The notes below the pieces were generated by a model. It saw nothing but the letters and a program-made list of their open reading frames with translations, had not been told where the DNA came from and did not search any database. This document shows positions 12,959 to 24,679 of a stretch of 64,000 nucleotides of DNA, one piece after another (the stretch's first letter is position 1; the number at the start of each line of letters is the position of its first letter). This stretch comes from Octopus sinensis (taxonomy: Eukaryota), in contig NC_042998.1 in the NCBI RefSeq assembly GCF_006345805.1, positions 41,540,001-41,604,000 on the forward strand, in the 5' to 3' direction. Position numbers and translations under genes: made by a program.

Positions 12959-14919
12959 GTAAGTATTTATTTTTCTCAACATTGATGTTGATTTCCTCGC
13001 ATTTTTTTAGACATATTTTTAGAATATTACTTGGAAAATATTTCAAGTTCAGAATTGGTGCAGGATTGTATGAAGGACATTTATATTTTCAAATTAAGTT
13101 TAGATGCAAGCAGGATGACTCATTCAATACAGAAATAAAAACAGTGGATACTTAATTTTTTTAAATTCTCTATCATATGGGTCATTTCTATATATATCTA
13201 TGTATGTCTTTTAATAATGACCTAACTACTACTTTCACAAATTCAGTGAGGTCTATATATTGCAAAGGAGATTTAATAAGACCAAAATTTCTTTAGATTT
13301 GCCTGTTGAACTTGATAAAAATAATTAAAATTTTATTAATCATAATATTGTCATTTTTTTACCACATAGTCATTTTTAATTTGCTTTTTAATGTAAATGT
13401 GAAATCATAGTCAATGGCCTATGCCAGTGATATGTTAAAAGCACCATTGGATGAAAGACAAAGTTAACCTCAGCCAATATAGACCATAGATGGTTGAAAA
13501 TCCATGTTACTGGATAACCAGCGGGAAGCTACTGAACCAGCACTGTCTGTGGTGTCTGTAGTCAAGATTTTTAACATTCAAATAGCTTAATCAGTGTTTC
13601 TCATGGATTGGGGGTGGTCCTGGAGCAGGTAACTTGCCATGTTTAATAAAATTGGTTGGTTTTTAAAGTTTTAAACTTGTCCAACACTGGTGAAGAAAAA
13701 GAGATATGGATCCAAAATCTTTCGTCTTGATAATGAGAAAGAAGACAGGGTGAGCCAAAAAAAAAAAAACTAATAAATGGATAGGGACTGATGTTTGTCA
13801 CTTTGAAACTAGGTAGGTTAAACTAAACCCCTACTGGGCCCACTCTACTTAACTGAAAATAGGTAACACAACGTAGGAATATCTCTGCTCTAAACAGCAA
13901 CATCACTATACAAGTGGTTTGCTGGATATGGGTGTGTATGGCTTTTCACTGATTGCAGGCTGTGTATAGTGGCTTGTGTGTTATAACCCTGATAGCCAAT
14001 TAACTCATCACACACACACACACATAGCCGTTCAAGTTGACATCTTCTGTGGCCATAAAGCTTAACCAGCATATCCAGTCAATGAATCATCTTTATGTTA
14101 GGTTCTTTTATTTTTACTTTTATCTCAGAGAAAAACTGGCAACACTTTTCAGGATTTCCAAGACTGGTTGGAGGAAATTATATTGAAACCTGAGCTGAAT
14201 GTGTGCAACAGAACAGATTCTGCTAAAGGCAGTTGGTGGTGTTAAGCAATGGGTTAATTTAGAATCTTGAGATTAAAACTTAGATGCCCATTGTTATATT
14301 GTGTCAGTTTATTAGGTTTCCTTTAGAATATTTAATTTGCACAATGGTTTGCTTAGTTCTTTTTTTTGGGGGGGGGGGGTTCCGTTTTTTTTCTGTGAGT
14401 TAAAATGTTTAAAGAACTCCTTTTTGTCTCTTTCATTACTTGTGTTACTGAGTGATAGCTACAGTTGTATATGAAACCAGTTTAGCTTCACAACTATTAG
14501 ACTCTTAACTGAAATATGATGTAACATTACATTGAAAATAAATCTAAAAGGGCTGTTATAGCCATCATAACAACAATACATTTAATGATTAGCTGGCTGA
14601 CATATCAAATCATTCTAATCATGACTGGAAATTAGATATTCTACATGTTACTTGCCATTATTTGTTTCTACTCTAAAGAAGCAATGACAATTTGAATTAC
14701 TGAAAATATTTAAAAGATCTAATAAATATTTCAGTCTTAATCATGTTAAGATGCTCGTTTGTATTTTATACATATTTATTTTTTTTTACTTTACAAAGCT
14801 CTAAATCTAAATTTTTCAATGCCAAATAATGTTTTTCTTCAAAATATTTGCATAGAATTTTTATTTGATACTTTCTCATAAATCTCTCATTACCATTTTA
14901 TTCATTCCACTTTTATTAG

Positions 14920-14986
14920 AGAAGATGAACATCACCTTATAGCCCAATATTGTCAAAGTCTAAATGGAGATACTTCATCTAATGTA
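14920..14986 (+). CDS. DMD: Dystrophin exon (5' half of exon 74-like, second syntrophin-binding segment): (S)EDEHHLIAQYCQSLNGDTSSNV
   Basis: ttttattag acceptor and GTA/gtaagt donor; matches human DDEHLLIQHYCQSLN. Confidence 0.94.
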
Positions 14987-16122
14987 GTAAGTAATCCTTT
15001 CATTTTCTTATAGGAATGATTGTGTGTGTGTGTGTAGTAGGTAGTCCTCGCCAGAATTATAAAGTTTATAAGAACAGTCTGTTAGTTTAAATGCTTTTAT
15101 AAATTGTTTACTTTATGATTTCTGTGTATTGTTTTTTGAAATTAATTTTTAATTTGAGTAGTACTAGTACTTATAACTCATGAAAGCCTTCAAAGACTGG
15201 TTAGGTTAGTGTTTTTGATGTTCAGTGTAGTTGATACATTTAATATTCAGTTTGAGTTTATGCTTCTGAGTATCTGTAGTGATGATAGGAGTCCATGAGA
15301 TTTCAATTCTGATGAGGTTGGGAGTGGAACTTTCTGAAGAGTGAGGTTCCTTAGAAACACTAACTTATAAAAATAACACATTGTGTGGAAATATGTTGAA
15401 TATGAAAACATGTATAATTTGTAATGGTAGTAATTTTGATAACAGTATCAAATAACACATTCAAACAGCATTGCTTTCCTTCACCATACTATGATTTATT
15501 CTTCACTTTGAAAAGAAAATATCATATAAAAATAATTTGATTAAATCTTATTTTTATCCTGCATGTGCAAACGAAAGCTGGGGTATTGTAATCACTCATC
15601 TTTGTGTATTTGCAAAACAGCTGAATGGATTTGCACGACATTTGGCAGAAATACTCATTGGGGGAGTGGCTCGAAATGATGGGCATTTGGTTTGATTATC
15701 TTCAAAAAAAAAAAAAAGAAATATGTATGTGTATAGATCATGGTATACCTATGCACATAGACACATGCGCATACATACAACTCTGTGTGTGTGTGTAGAT
15801 CATTGTGTACCTATGCATGTAGATACATGTGCATACATACATACATACATAGATATGTGACTCTGTGCGTCTGTGTGTGTACACTGATGGATACGAGGGT
15901 TTCGTTTATTTATGAGTTGATTTCTTAATTTCACCAGAGTATAAATACCTATAATGGTGATACTTAAGAAAAATAATTAATTCAATTCAATTAAAAAGCA
16001 TGAGTAAGCCACACAATAATTTACAAAAAAATTTATCTCTGAGCAGGATATGCATCGCCCCTTCGATGCCTTTTTTTCATTTCATTTTTAAATGTTTTAT
16101 TTCATGCTTGTGTTTTCATTAG

Positions 16123-16214
16123 CTAAAAAGTCCTATGCAAATAATGATGGCAGTGGATGCTGAACAACGGTCTGAACTTGAAGCTATGATAAAAGACTTG
16201 GAAGAAGAAAATAA
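16123..16214 (+). CDS. DMD: Dystrophin exon (3' half of exon 74-like, coiled coil 1): [30 protein letters not shown](K)
   Basis: ttttcattag acceptor and AA/gtatga donor; matches human [30 protein letters not shown]. Confidence 0.94.
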
Positions 16215-17984
16215 GTATGAAGTAACTTCTTTTTTTTGTTGTTGTAAATTTTAATTGTCTTATCAGTGTCATCAAGCCATGTAAATTTTCAGGTCTATAT
16301 CAATAGCATTTAACCAATAAAATTTTTGTTAATTATTTCATTTATCAGAATCACCAGATGTTTCCTCTTTGGGTTACTAACAATCAGTTGAATTAGACAT
16401 CAGTTGGGCCTGTTTTCACTGGTCTCTGTATTTTTATATGGTACTTTTCAACTGGGTCCATTAATCTGTATTTCTAGCTTAAGAAATATACTTATCTTGG
16501 TCCATGCCTTACTTAACATTGGGAATCCTCTGTCTTCACAACTTATTGCCCAAGTGTACAATTTGCTTTTGCTAAAATCATTTTATTAATAAACTTTTGG
16601 GACATCAGTGGAAGTTTGCAATCAAGAAATATTTAATAGGGAAAATACAAATATTCAAAACAATTTCTTATTTTACTGTGTTAAAAATGAAGGGGATTAA
16701 ACTGAATTATAATATATTTTTATTTTCAAAGCTGAAAATAGTAGTTAGTCTTTTTTAATAGCATTATAATTGTACAAGTGAGGAGTGATAAACTCTGTAG
16801 AATAATAAGATATATTTCTTCTGTGTTTCTTGGTGTTTAATTATATATCTTTATAACCTGAATTTAATTTTAACAAATTGGTTTTGCATGTCAATCCTCT
16901 GGGAATGTTCCCCTGGGTCAAGATGCTAGCACTGTATAGACACCTAAAACAATTAGCCAAGGCATGGTACATGTTACCAAGAAATACTCACTTGCAAGTG
17001 ATAGCTATAATTTGTTTATAACTCTTTTATCTATGTCTTTACTACTATATTGATGTTTCATGTAATATGTTGCGTGTTATTTCTCTGTAGTAACAGATTG
17101 TGTAATTTTGATATATTTATGTCAGTCCTAATGTATTTATTTTTATTATCATTCTTTATACTTTCAATTCCTAAATTCTATTTCAATTCCTTAGTCATTA
17201 TATTTAGTTTCTCTAAATCTTTGTCAAAAATATTTTCATCTACTGGGAATCAATATTTCTATTAACATGCACTTTAACTATAATATTTGGATAGTTTACT
17301 TTTATTTTATCAGTATATACAGCTATGTTCGTAATATTATTAGTCTGTCATTTTTAGCTACAGTGGTTGATATGTTTACACCACTTGGTTTTGTATCAGT
17401 TCAATTGTTGCCTGCATAGTTTCCAGTGTACATACTTAACTACTTTGATATCTAAGACTTTTTTTCAATAATATTTTTCATGTATGGGAATGGTTCTTGA
17501 TTGCCTATGTTGCCTGTTTTGACTCTGACAGAGTATTGACCTGTCCAAAGAATGTCTTCCCATACACTTACCTGTTATTACCTTTTCTTTTCAAGCACAT
17601 TTTTATTCTATATTTCCTTAATCTCATGTTTCCTTCTGATTTAGCAGCAATTTCTAGCTGTATTACATTGGCTTATGATAAAACACATTTACAGTTAAGG
17701 TGAACCAATTATTTTCATTCAGAGAAGAGTTTACATTTATCAAAATTTTCTGATTCTCTTGCTTAAACTTCTATCATTTGCAAAATTTATTTTAGTGTTA
17801 CACTATATTTTTCTTTTACATATATCTGGCATTATTTATTTGATCCCGCTTCAATCTGGTATCTCATTAATTTGCAAAGAATAAAGAAATCATTTCTGTT
17901 TCATGCTAATTTTTCTTTTGTGAAGATGAAAAGAAACTTATTAATTTTATTATGTCAAGCTGGCAGAATATTTAAAGCATTGGA

Positions 17985-18410
17985 CACAATACCTTGCAGT
18001 ATCTCTTTCAACTCATTACATTCTGAGTTTAAATTCTGCCAGCATCAACTTTCCTTTTTATCCCTCCAGGGTCAGTAAAATAAAGTACCAGTCAAGTATT
18101 AGGGTTGATATAATTGACTATCCCCTTCCTCCTAAAATTGCTGACTTTATACCAAAATTTGAAACCATTATTATTATTATGAAGATGGCAGGCTGGCAGG
18201 ATTCTTAGTCAGAAAAAATATGTTGCAGTATTTTTTCTGATTTCTTTTTTTTTTTTTTTTGTACATTCTGAGTTCAAATCTCACCAAATTCAACTTTGTC
18301 TTTCATCCGTTCAGAGTCAATAAAATATGTACCAGTCAAGTACTGTGGTCTATGGTATTGACTAATGTCATGTCTTCAAAACTGTTGGCTTCGTACTTCA
18401 ATTAGAAATC
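17985..18410 (+). mobile_element. Two decayed SINE family C copies (Meta-like core)
   Basis: ttctgagttcaaat...caactttgtctttcatcc...tcaataaaat..gtaccagtcaagtact matches the copy at 43441-43810. Confidence 0.7.
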
Positions 18411-18803
18411 ATTATTTCAATTGTCTTATTTTTGTATGCTTTAACAACAGCACATGTGAATGTTGCTCTGTGCCTGATTTAGTATACACAATATTTTGTA
18501 TTTTTTTCTATTTTGAAAGTACTGTATATTATGTGTGCAATTCCTAGAAGAGAATATATGTAAGTCCTATGGTTTTGGTATCTTTTTATAATTACCAATG
18601 TGCCTTTTTTTTTTTATTGCAATCCCCACATTCTGATTAGCTCAACTTCCAAATTTTTCTCTATGTAGTTTCTCTATTTCTTTTAGAAATATATTATCAT
18701 CAACTGGAATTAGGCAACATCTTTCTTTTCCAAGTGATCTTTGATAATGATATCTGACTGATTTTCCCTAATCTCCATGAGACTTTTTACTATGGGTATT
18801 TCT

Positions 18804-18927
18804 TAATATTGATATAATTTCCAGTGCATGAAGGCTTCAAATCTATCATGCCTTTATATTTATTCTAGTTGACTAAGCTTGGACAGCTAGAAACTGTGTG
18901 GTTCATTTTCTCTTAACATACTCCTCA
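18804..18927 (+). repeat. 124-bp intronic direct repeat, copy 1 (copy 2 at 20364-20487)
   Basis: Direct comparison shows one mismatch (atcatgcct vs atcatccct); offset 1560 nt. Confidence 0.92.
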
Positions 18928-19192
18928 TATTCCTCATGTCCTTTTTGTCCTGTTTCATTATGTTTTTAGTAGTTTGGAGGTAAGAAGACTTGTACTTCTC
19001 AGGCATTGCTGAGGCTTCCTTTATCCACTTCCACTCTGTTTAGTCTTGTAAAATTTTGGCAAGAAGTCTTTTTTGTCAAAGTCTTAGTATGACATTTTGT
19101 AATTCCTTTAATTTTTTTTTTCTCCTCTTCTCACAGCTATGTGGTTGTTACTTTATCCGCTGTTGTATTTTTAAAGACTCCCTTTAGTATCA

Positions 19193-19196
<4 letters not shown>

Positions 19197-19261
<65 letters not shown>

Positions 19262-19400
19262 TAAGGTGACAAGCTAGATGAATTGTTAGTGGGTCAGACA
19301 AAAAAATTATTAGTAGAATTTCTACCAGTTCTTTGTGTTCTGGGTTCAAATTCTGTCAAGATTGACTTTGCTTTTCATCCTTTTGTGGTTGATAAAATAA
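19197..19400 (+). repeat. (TTA)n microsatellite followed by a decayed SINE family C copy
   Basis: About 21 tta units, then ttaaggtgacaagctag...gggttcaaattctgtcaagattgactttgcttttcatcc. Confidence 0.8.
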
Positions 19401-19521
19401 GTCACACCTCTCTTTTTTAAATCCTTGTGTTAGTCATTAATATCTCAGATCCCCATTTCCTCTCCCAATCAAAGCTAATGCTTCAACTGTTATATAATAA
19501 GTTATCAATTATTATCTTCAG

Positions 19522-19750
19522 AAATCTTCAAGCGGAATATGACAGACTCTGTCAATCTCAAAATTCCCGCGAAAGTAGCCAAGGAAGATCTGATGAAGAG
19601 GCTGCTGCTAACAGAGATGCTGAGATGGTTGCTGAGGCTAAATTACTACGACAACACAAAGACAGGCTTGAGGCACGAATGCGCATTCTTGAAGATCATA
19701 ACAAACAACTTGAATCGCAACTACAGCGATTGCGCCAACTTTTAGAACAG
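19522..19750 (+). CDS. DMD: Dystrophin exon (exon 75-like, coiled coil 2): NLQAEYDRL...[46 protein letters not shown]
   Basis: atcttcag acceptor and CAG/gtgagc donor; hallmark [40 protein letters not shown] motif. Confidence 0.97.
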
Positions 19751-19861
19751 GTGAGCAAAGTTTTTTGAAACAGATATGTTGTACAAAATATTCTCAGCAA
19801 CTATTTTTGATATTGCTCTTGTTTTGAGATGTTTTATTAAAAGTAAATTTAACACTTTCAG

Positions 19862-20024
19862 CCACAACCAGATCGTAGTACAGTATCTGTCAATTCATCT
19901 GCTCGGACATCACCACTGACCACTCCATCTTCATCAGTCAGTTCCCTTCCCTGCGGCCCTGTTCGGTATCGTTTTAACATGCAAACAGAAACAACAACAT
20001 CTTTGTCAAATGGTCGAGATCATT
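19862..20024 (+). CDS. DMD: Dystrophin exon, Ser/Thr/Pro-rich: PQPDRSTVSVNSSARTSPLTTPSSSVSSLPCGPVRYRFNMQTETTTSLSNGRDH
   Basis: cactttcag acceptor after a 111-nt intron; T/gtgagt donor; open frame; begins PQ like human exon 76. Confidence 0.88.
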
Positions 20025-20363
20025 GTGAGTATTTTTTTTTTCTTATGTTTTGTCTATGCTGAATTATATATTTTGAGGAAATTATGTTCTTACTCACTAT
20101 TCTAAATTAAAGTTGCAGTATCTAGCTGGGATGAAAAAAAAAACATTTAAAAAAAACAGTAGTAAGTTCTTAGAATTTGGATTGTTTCAAATTATTTTAA
20201 TATGAAGAAAAACAACATAACTTCCTCAAGGATTTGGTCAAAACAACTCTATATTTTGTACATGTACATTAAATATATAAATTGAGTAGCTAACTAGTAA
20301 TGAATTTAACTACAGTTTTAATGGAGAGTCACAGCTGGCTAAGTTAATCAGTGTCTACTCATA

Positions 20364-20487
20364 TAATATTGATATAATTTCCAGTGCATGAAGGCTTCAA
20401 ATCTATCATCCCTTTATATTTATTCTAGTTGACTAAGCTTGGACAGCTAGAAACTGTGTGGTTCATTTTCTCTTAACATACTCCTCA
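20364..20487 (+). repeat. 124-bp intronic direct repeat, copy 2
   Basis: 123 of 124 positions identical to 18804-18927. Confidence 0.92.
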
Positions 20488-20780
20488 GTACCCTTAATAA
20501 AATCACTTGTTTTCTCATTATAAAGTGTCTCTGTTGTAAGCTGTTGAGACACTTTATTGTGATGTTTCATTAGCCTGCATTGCTCAGATAACTGCTGTCA
20601 AGAAGACTATGAGGAAATCTTGTACACCATTATCTAAATCACTATATAAGAATGAGGCCTTTAGTGGTAGCTTAATAATAGGTTACAAGGCATTGTAGTA
20701 TCAATATTATATATGAAAGTTAAATTATTTCTTACAAGTGCAGACATAACAGTAGCTTCTTAATTGTTATTTTCTCACAG

Positions 20781-20858
20781 CAATTGATGGGGCACGCCAT
20801 AAAAAAGAAGAAGAAATCATGCCTGAAATTCCAAGTCCACCTACTTATGAAGCACGTT
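20781..20858 (+). CDS. DMD: Dystrophin exon, 78 nt, symmetric phase 1-1: (S)IDGARHKKEEEIMPEIPSPPTYEAR
   Basis: ttttctcacag acceptor and T/gtaagt donor; open and in frame. I see no clear homology to vertebrate exons. Confidence 0.8.
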
Positions 20859-21178
20859 GTAAGTAAAGAAAATTAATATTTTTTAATTTTTGTTGGGTTT
20901 TTTTTTAAATTTAAAAACCAGATTATTTAAATTCAGAAATTTAATTATTTGCAAAAAAAAATTATATTAAAAACTTCCTTTAAATGTATTTTCATTTTAT
21001 TAATTCTATTTTATATTTGAATCAGTTTGATTGTTGTTAATATGAGTCTCGTATTTTCACCCATTATTTTTTTTTATTCAATGATGTTGAAATTATTTAC
21101 AAGATAATATTTTTCATATAAAGTCATTTAAATCTTAATACTGAATATACTTTTTAAAGTAATTTTCTTTAATTGCAG

Positions 21179-21294
21179 CATCTAACAGTGTTGGCAACCT
21201 CTTCCATATGGCCGGCCAAGTTGGCAAAGCTGTTGGAACACTTGTGACTGTCATGACAGATGAAGACGGTGTTGAGGAAGAATCCAAACAGTAA
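21179..21294 (+). CDS. DMD: Dystrophin terminal coding exon: (S)SNSVGNLFHMAGQVGKAVGTLVTVMTDEDGVEEESKQ*
   Basis: ttttctttaattgcag acceptor; TAA at 21292-21294; homologous to the exon-78-skipped human tail HNVGSLFHMADDLGRAMESLVSVMTDEEGAE. Confidence 0.95.
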
Positions 21295-22790
21295 ACTTAC
21301 ATCATGATCATGATGGTGTTTTCATCTTGGAAATTAAAATCCACAATCAGAGAAAGCAGACAATGTTTCTGTTAGAAACGCATTGTTATATACTTTGATC
21401 CAAACTTTCAGTATCTAATGGAACCATTCTGTTGCTGCTCAAATCAAAATTTGTTGTCTAGTTTTAAGAGATTTAAACTAGAAAGAGTCTTCCATTCAAT
21501 TTGACTAACAAACCCTGAAATATTAGTGCCACTGATGTATGTGATTAATCAAATGTGACCATTTTCATTATCAATAGCCTAAAGGAACTTCAAGCAATGA
21601 AGACATCTGTTTGTTTGTTTGTTTTTCTTTTAGTGATATATCAGGACGTAGTTATGGTACTGAAATGATATTGAAAAATATTACTACTCCAGCAAGAATA
21701 AATATTGCTTTAAATTCACAACTACTGCTATCATAAACCCCATTACCACTACCAACATTACTACTACTGTTACTAATATGTTTATCACTCCCACTTCTAA
21801 AAAAAAAAATGCACATCAATATTCTTGGTACTTTCACTTCCATCAAGCTATTATAAAAATCCTACTGAGACAGCAGTTTAACTAATTTGACCAACTAAAT
21901 TAAAAAGAAAAGCCTTTAGCAATTTAATCTACCCTTCTGGTTGTTGCCAAAAAGCATAAAAGTTATGTGCCAAGATGAATGCATTAAGCTTTCTATTTTA
22001 TGTTTCAAAAGTTAAAACCAAGTGTGGTTTTATATGATGCTATGAATGTGTGTAGGTTTCATACATACATTGTTTCCCAAAGTTATCCAAACTAATGTAA
22101 ATTCTTGTGTATATTTTCGTAAAGAAAAAGCAGAGAATATTTTATAATGTAGGATTAAGAAAGAAAACTTAAACTGTTTGAAATATGATTACAATCCCAT
22201 CTACTAAAACTACTTGCATTTTAGACCAAGCAAAGCTTTTAAACATCTTAAATCTTTAATTTAGTCAAGATTCAAGAGTTCTCAAAAGCTAAATGAATAT
22301 TATGGATACATTCATAATGTGTCTTGGTAACTGCAATTAGAAATGATTTCTGCAAAGATATGGTGCAATTTATAGAAATCTAGCTTTTTTTTTTTTTTTT
22401 ATCTAAATGTTAAAAAAATCTGACTGAAATAGTGTCTTCAGTCCTCGGAACTGGTGCTACTGTTACTATTAAAAGAATATATTTATGTTGTGTATATTGA
22501 GTCCTAATTGTTATTATATACGTATGTTAAACACTGCTGGCACAGATAAGTTCACGTCATCAATGGCCCAAATATTCCAGTGGCAGTGTTGTGGCAACTA
22601 ATGTTCTGTAGTGGCTGTCATGTCAGTCAGATGTATTCCCGCGAGTACACTCGGACAATAAAGCAGCTTAACAACCTGAGCTTCATCCATTATCTGCACA
22701 AGGACGTGTGAAAAGAAACAAAATTGTCGTATATCTGACTAAAGCTCAGTTTTTATTGAAATAAAAAAGTTGATCTATTCTAATTATTTT
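21295..22790 (+). other. Probable dystrophin 3' UTR ending near the AATAAA at 22760-22765
   Basis: Repeat-poor AU-rich sequence after the stop codon; AATAAA followed by T-rich downstream sequence. Other AATAAA sites exist (e.g. about 22657), so the end is uncertain. Confidence 0.5.
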
Positions 22791-23880
22791 GTTTAAAGCA
22801 TTTCATTTCTCTGTGATACAAACATTTTTTCTCCTTTATGTTGTATTTATTGAACTCTAGAAATATTGAACCTATTTCATTATATGCCATTTCTTATATC
22901 ATTAAATTTATTATTTTGTGAACTCCATTGAGGAATGTAAGGTCCTAGTAATTCCTGGTTTCAGTTTCCAGTTACAGCCGTTTCAGTTCAATTATGTTGC
23001 TAATGCTCTTGAAAAGGCCTAAATGTTATACTGCTCATTCTACTCTCCTTGGAATTTCTGACTTCATGCTTATGTAGGAAATAATTGGGTAAGTAAGAAG
23101 CAGTAAAGTGATATTTAGTTGTGTCTGTTTACATTTTAAGTTGAAATTCCACTATATCAGCTTTGCCTTTCATCCTTACACAGTGAATCAAATGAGAATT
23201 AGATTTGTTTTAACTCAGTTTCTGTGAATTATTTGCCTTCTATCTAATGTGTGGCCTTGTATCCATGTAAAAAATCCATATTGTTATTGTCAGCAATGGT
23301 AAAGCATCAGACTAAAATATTTATCAGCATTTAGTTGTATCACCCTTTGACATTCTGAATCCAATTGAGTTGAACTTTACCTTTCATTTCTTTTGCATGT
23401 ACTGGATTCATTTAATCAGTTATGTCCTTATGCAATTTGTGACCTTATTCCAATTAAAAAATATATTATGATGTGGAGGAAGGAATGGATCAGTAGTACC
23501 CAGCTGAAAAATACCTTACAGTATTTGATTTATATTCTGGATCTAATTTCCATTGAGGATCATTTTGTATATGTATCCCTCTGGGGTAAACATCTCAGAT
23601 GATTCTGTGGCCTTGTGACAATCTATTTAAATAATTATTACTAAAGCAGTAGAGTGACACTAACTATGAACACTGAATAAAATACCTTGTGGTGTTCCAT
23701 GGATACCCTTTTACATTCTGAGATGAAATCCAAGGTCAGTTTTGCCTTTTGTACTTCTGCAATCAATAAAATGCAAATATCAATGAAGTACTGAAGCAAC
23801 ATAATTAACTACACCCCTCTCCCAAACATTGTGATAAATTAGAAATCATTATTATTGTATGTAAAACAAATGAGTGGGAA

Positions 23881-24025
23881 ACTGGACTAGGTGCTTTATG
23901 ATAACACGTATGGTATCACACTGGACTAGGTGCTTTATAAGAGCTCATATGGTGCCTTACTATTCTTAGAACAAGTAAGTGGGGCACCAGACTTGGTGCT
24001 TTATGATAGCTCATATATGTGGTGT
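23881..24025 (+). repeat. Three degenerate copies of a ~40-55 bp unit containing ggactaggtgctttatga
   Basis: Motif visible at 23884, 23923 and about 23991. Confidence 0.65.
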
Positions 24026-24679
24026 CTGTTCTCAATTAAATCACATTACAGTTTCTGCTGAAGCTGATTGGTACTAATACATTGGGTTCATTTATATTAT
24101 ATATACCTTTTTTTCTTAGAATGGATAATGCCTCTAATCAAAAAGAAATCATTGTACCAGTTGCAGCTATTTCATTTATATATGTCGCAAAATTACTTAA
24201 AGAAAAAGCATAAGCATCACAAAATTTGTTTCTTCACTGCTCCTGTAAATCTGAAATTGTTTTATGTAATAAATGCCTATTGCTATTTATAGAGTAATGA
24301 AATAGATAGGCAAAATAAAGAGACTGGTATATCTGGGTTCAAGTTTGTAAAAGTCGAATTTGTTGTTTTATGCACATATGGGCATGCATACACACATACA
24401 CTTCAATGAATAAAATACAAGCAACATATTGAGAAAAACTTACTCAGCTATAGCTCTTTTCCATCTAGGAGAGAGGATATTGTTAATTAATCAGCCTACA
24501 GATTAGACTAAGTATTTTGTTGTTTTTTATTTCATCTCATTTTGTTCCAAGTTCAAATCTTTTTGAAGTGAATGAAATGTTCATATACTTTGGTCGATTT
24601 TTATCAACAATTCTCTTCCTTCACAGCTTTTAGTTTTGTGCTTTGTGGATTTGCAGACTTATTAGAGCATGAAACAAAA

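Noticed and set aside
21652-21846. Antisense ORF in the dystrophin 3' UTR
   Set aside because: Low-complexity (act/agt) sequence with no homology signal.
24068-24292. Additional dystrophin or downstream exon on the plus strand
   Set aside because: Short ORF with no recognisable homology, lying beyond the stop codon and poly(A) signal.
24444-24464. Minus-strand 21-nt micro-exon (ctcctag/ATGGAAAAGAGCTATAGCTGA/gtaagt)
   Set aside because: The splice signals are good, but flanking candidate minus-strand exons (24100-24250, 24570-24660) have stops in all frames, so no gene model could be built.
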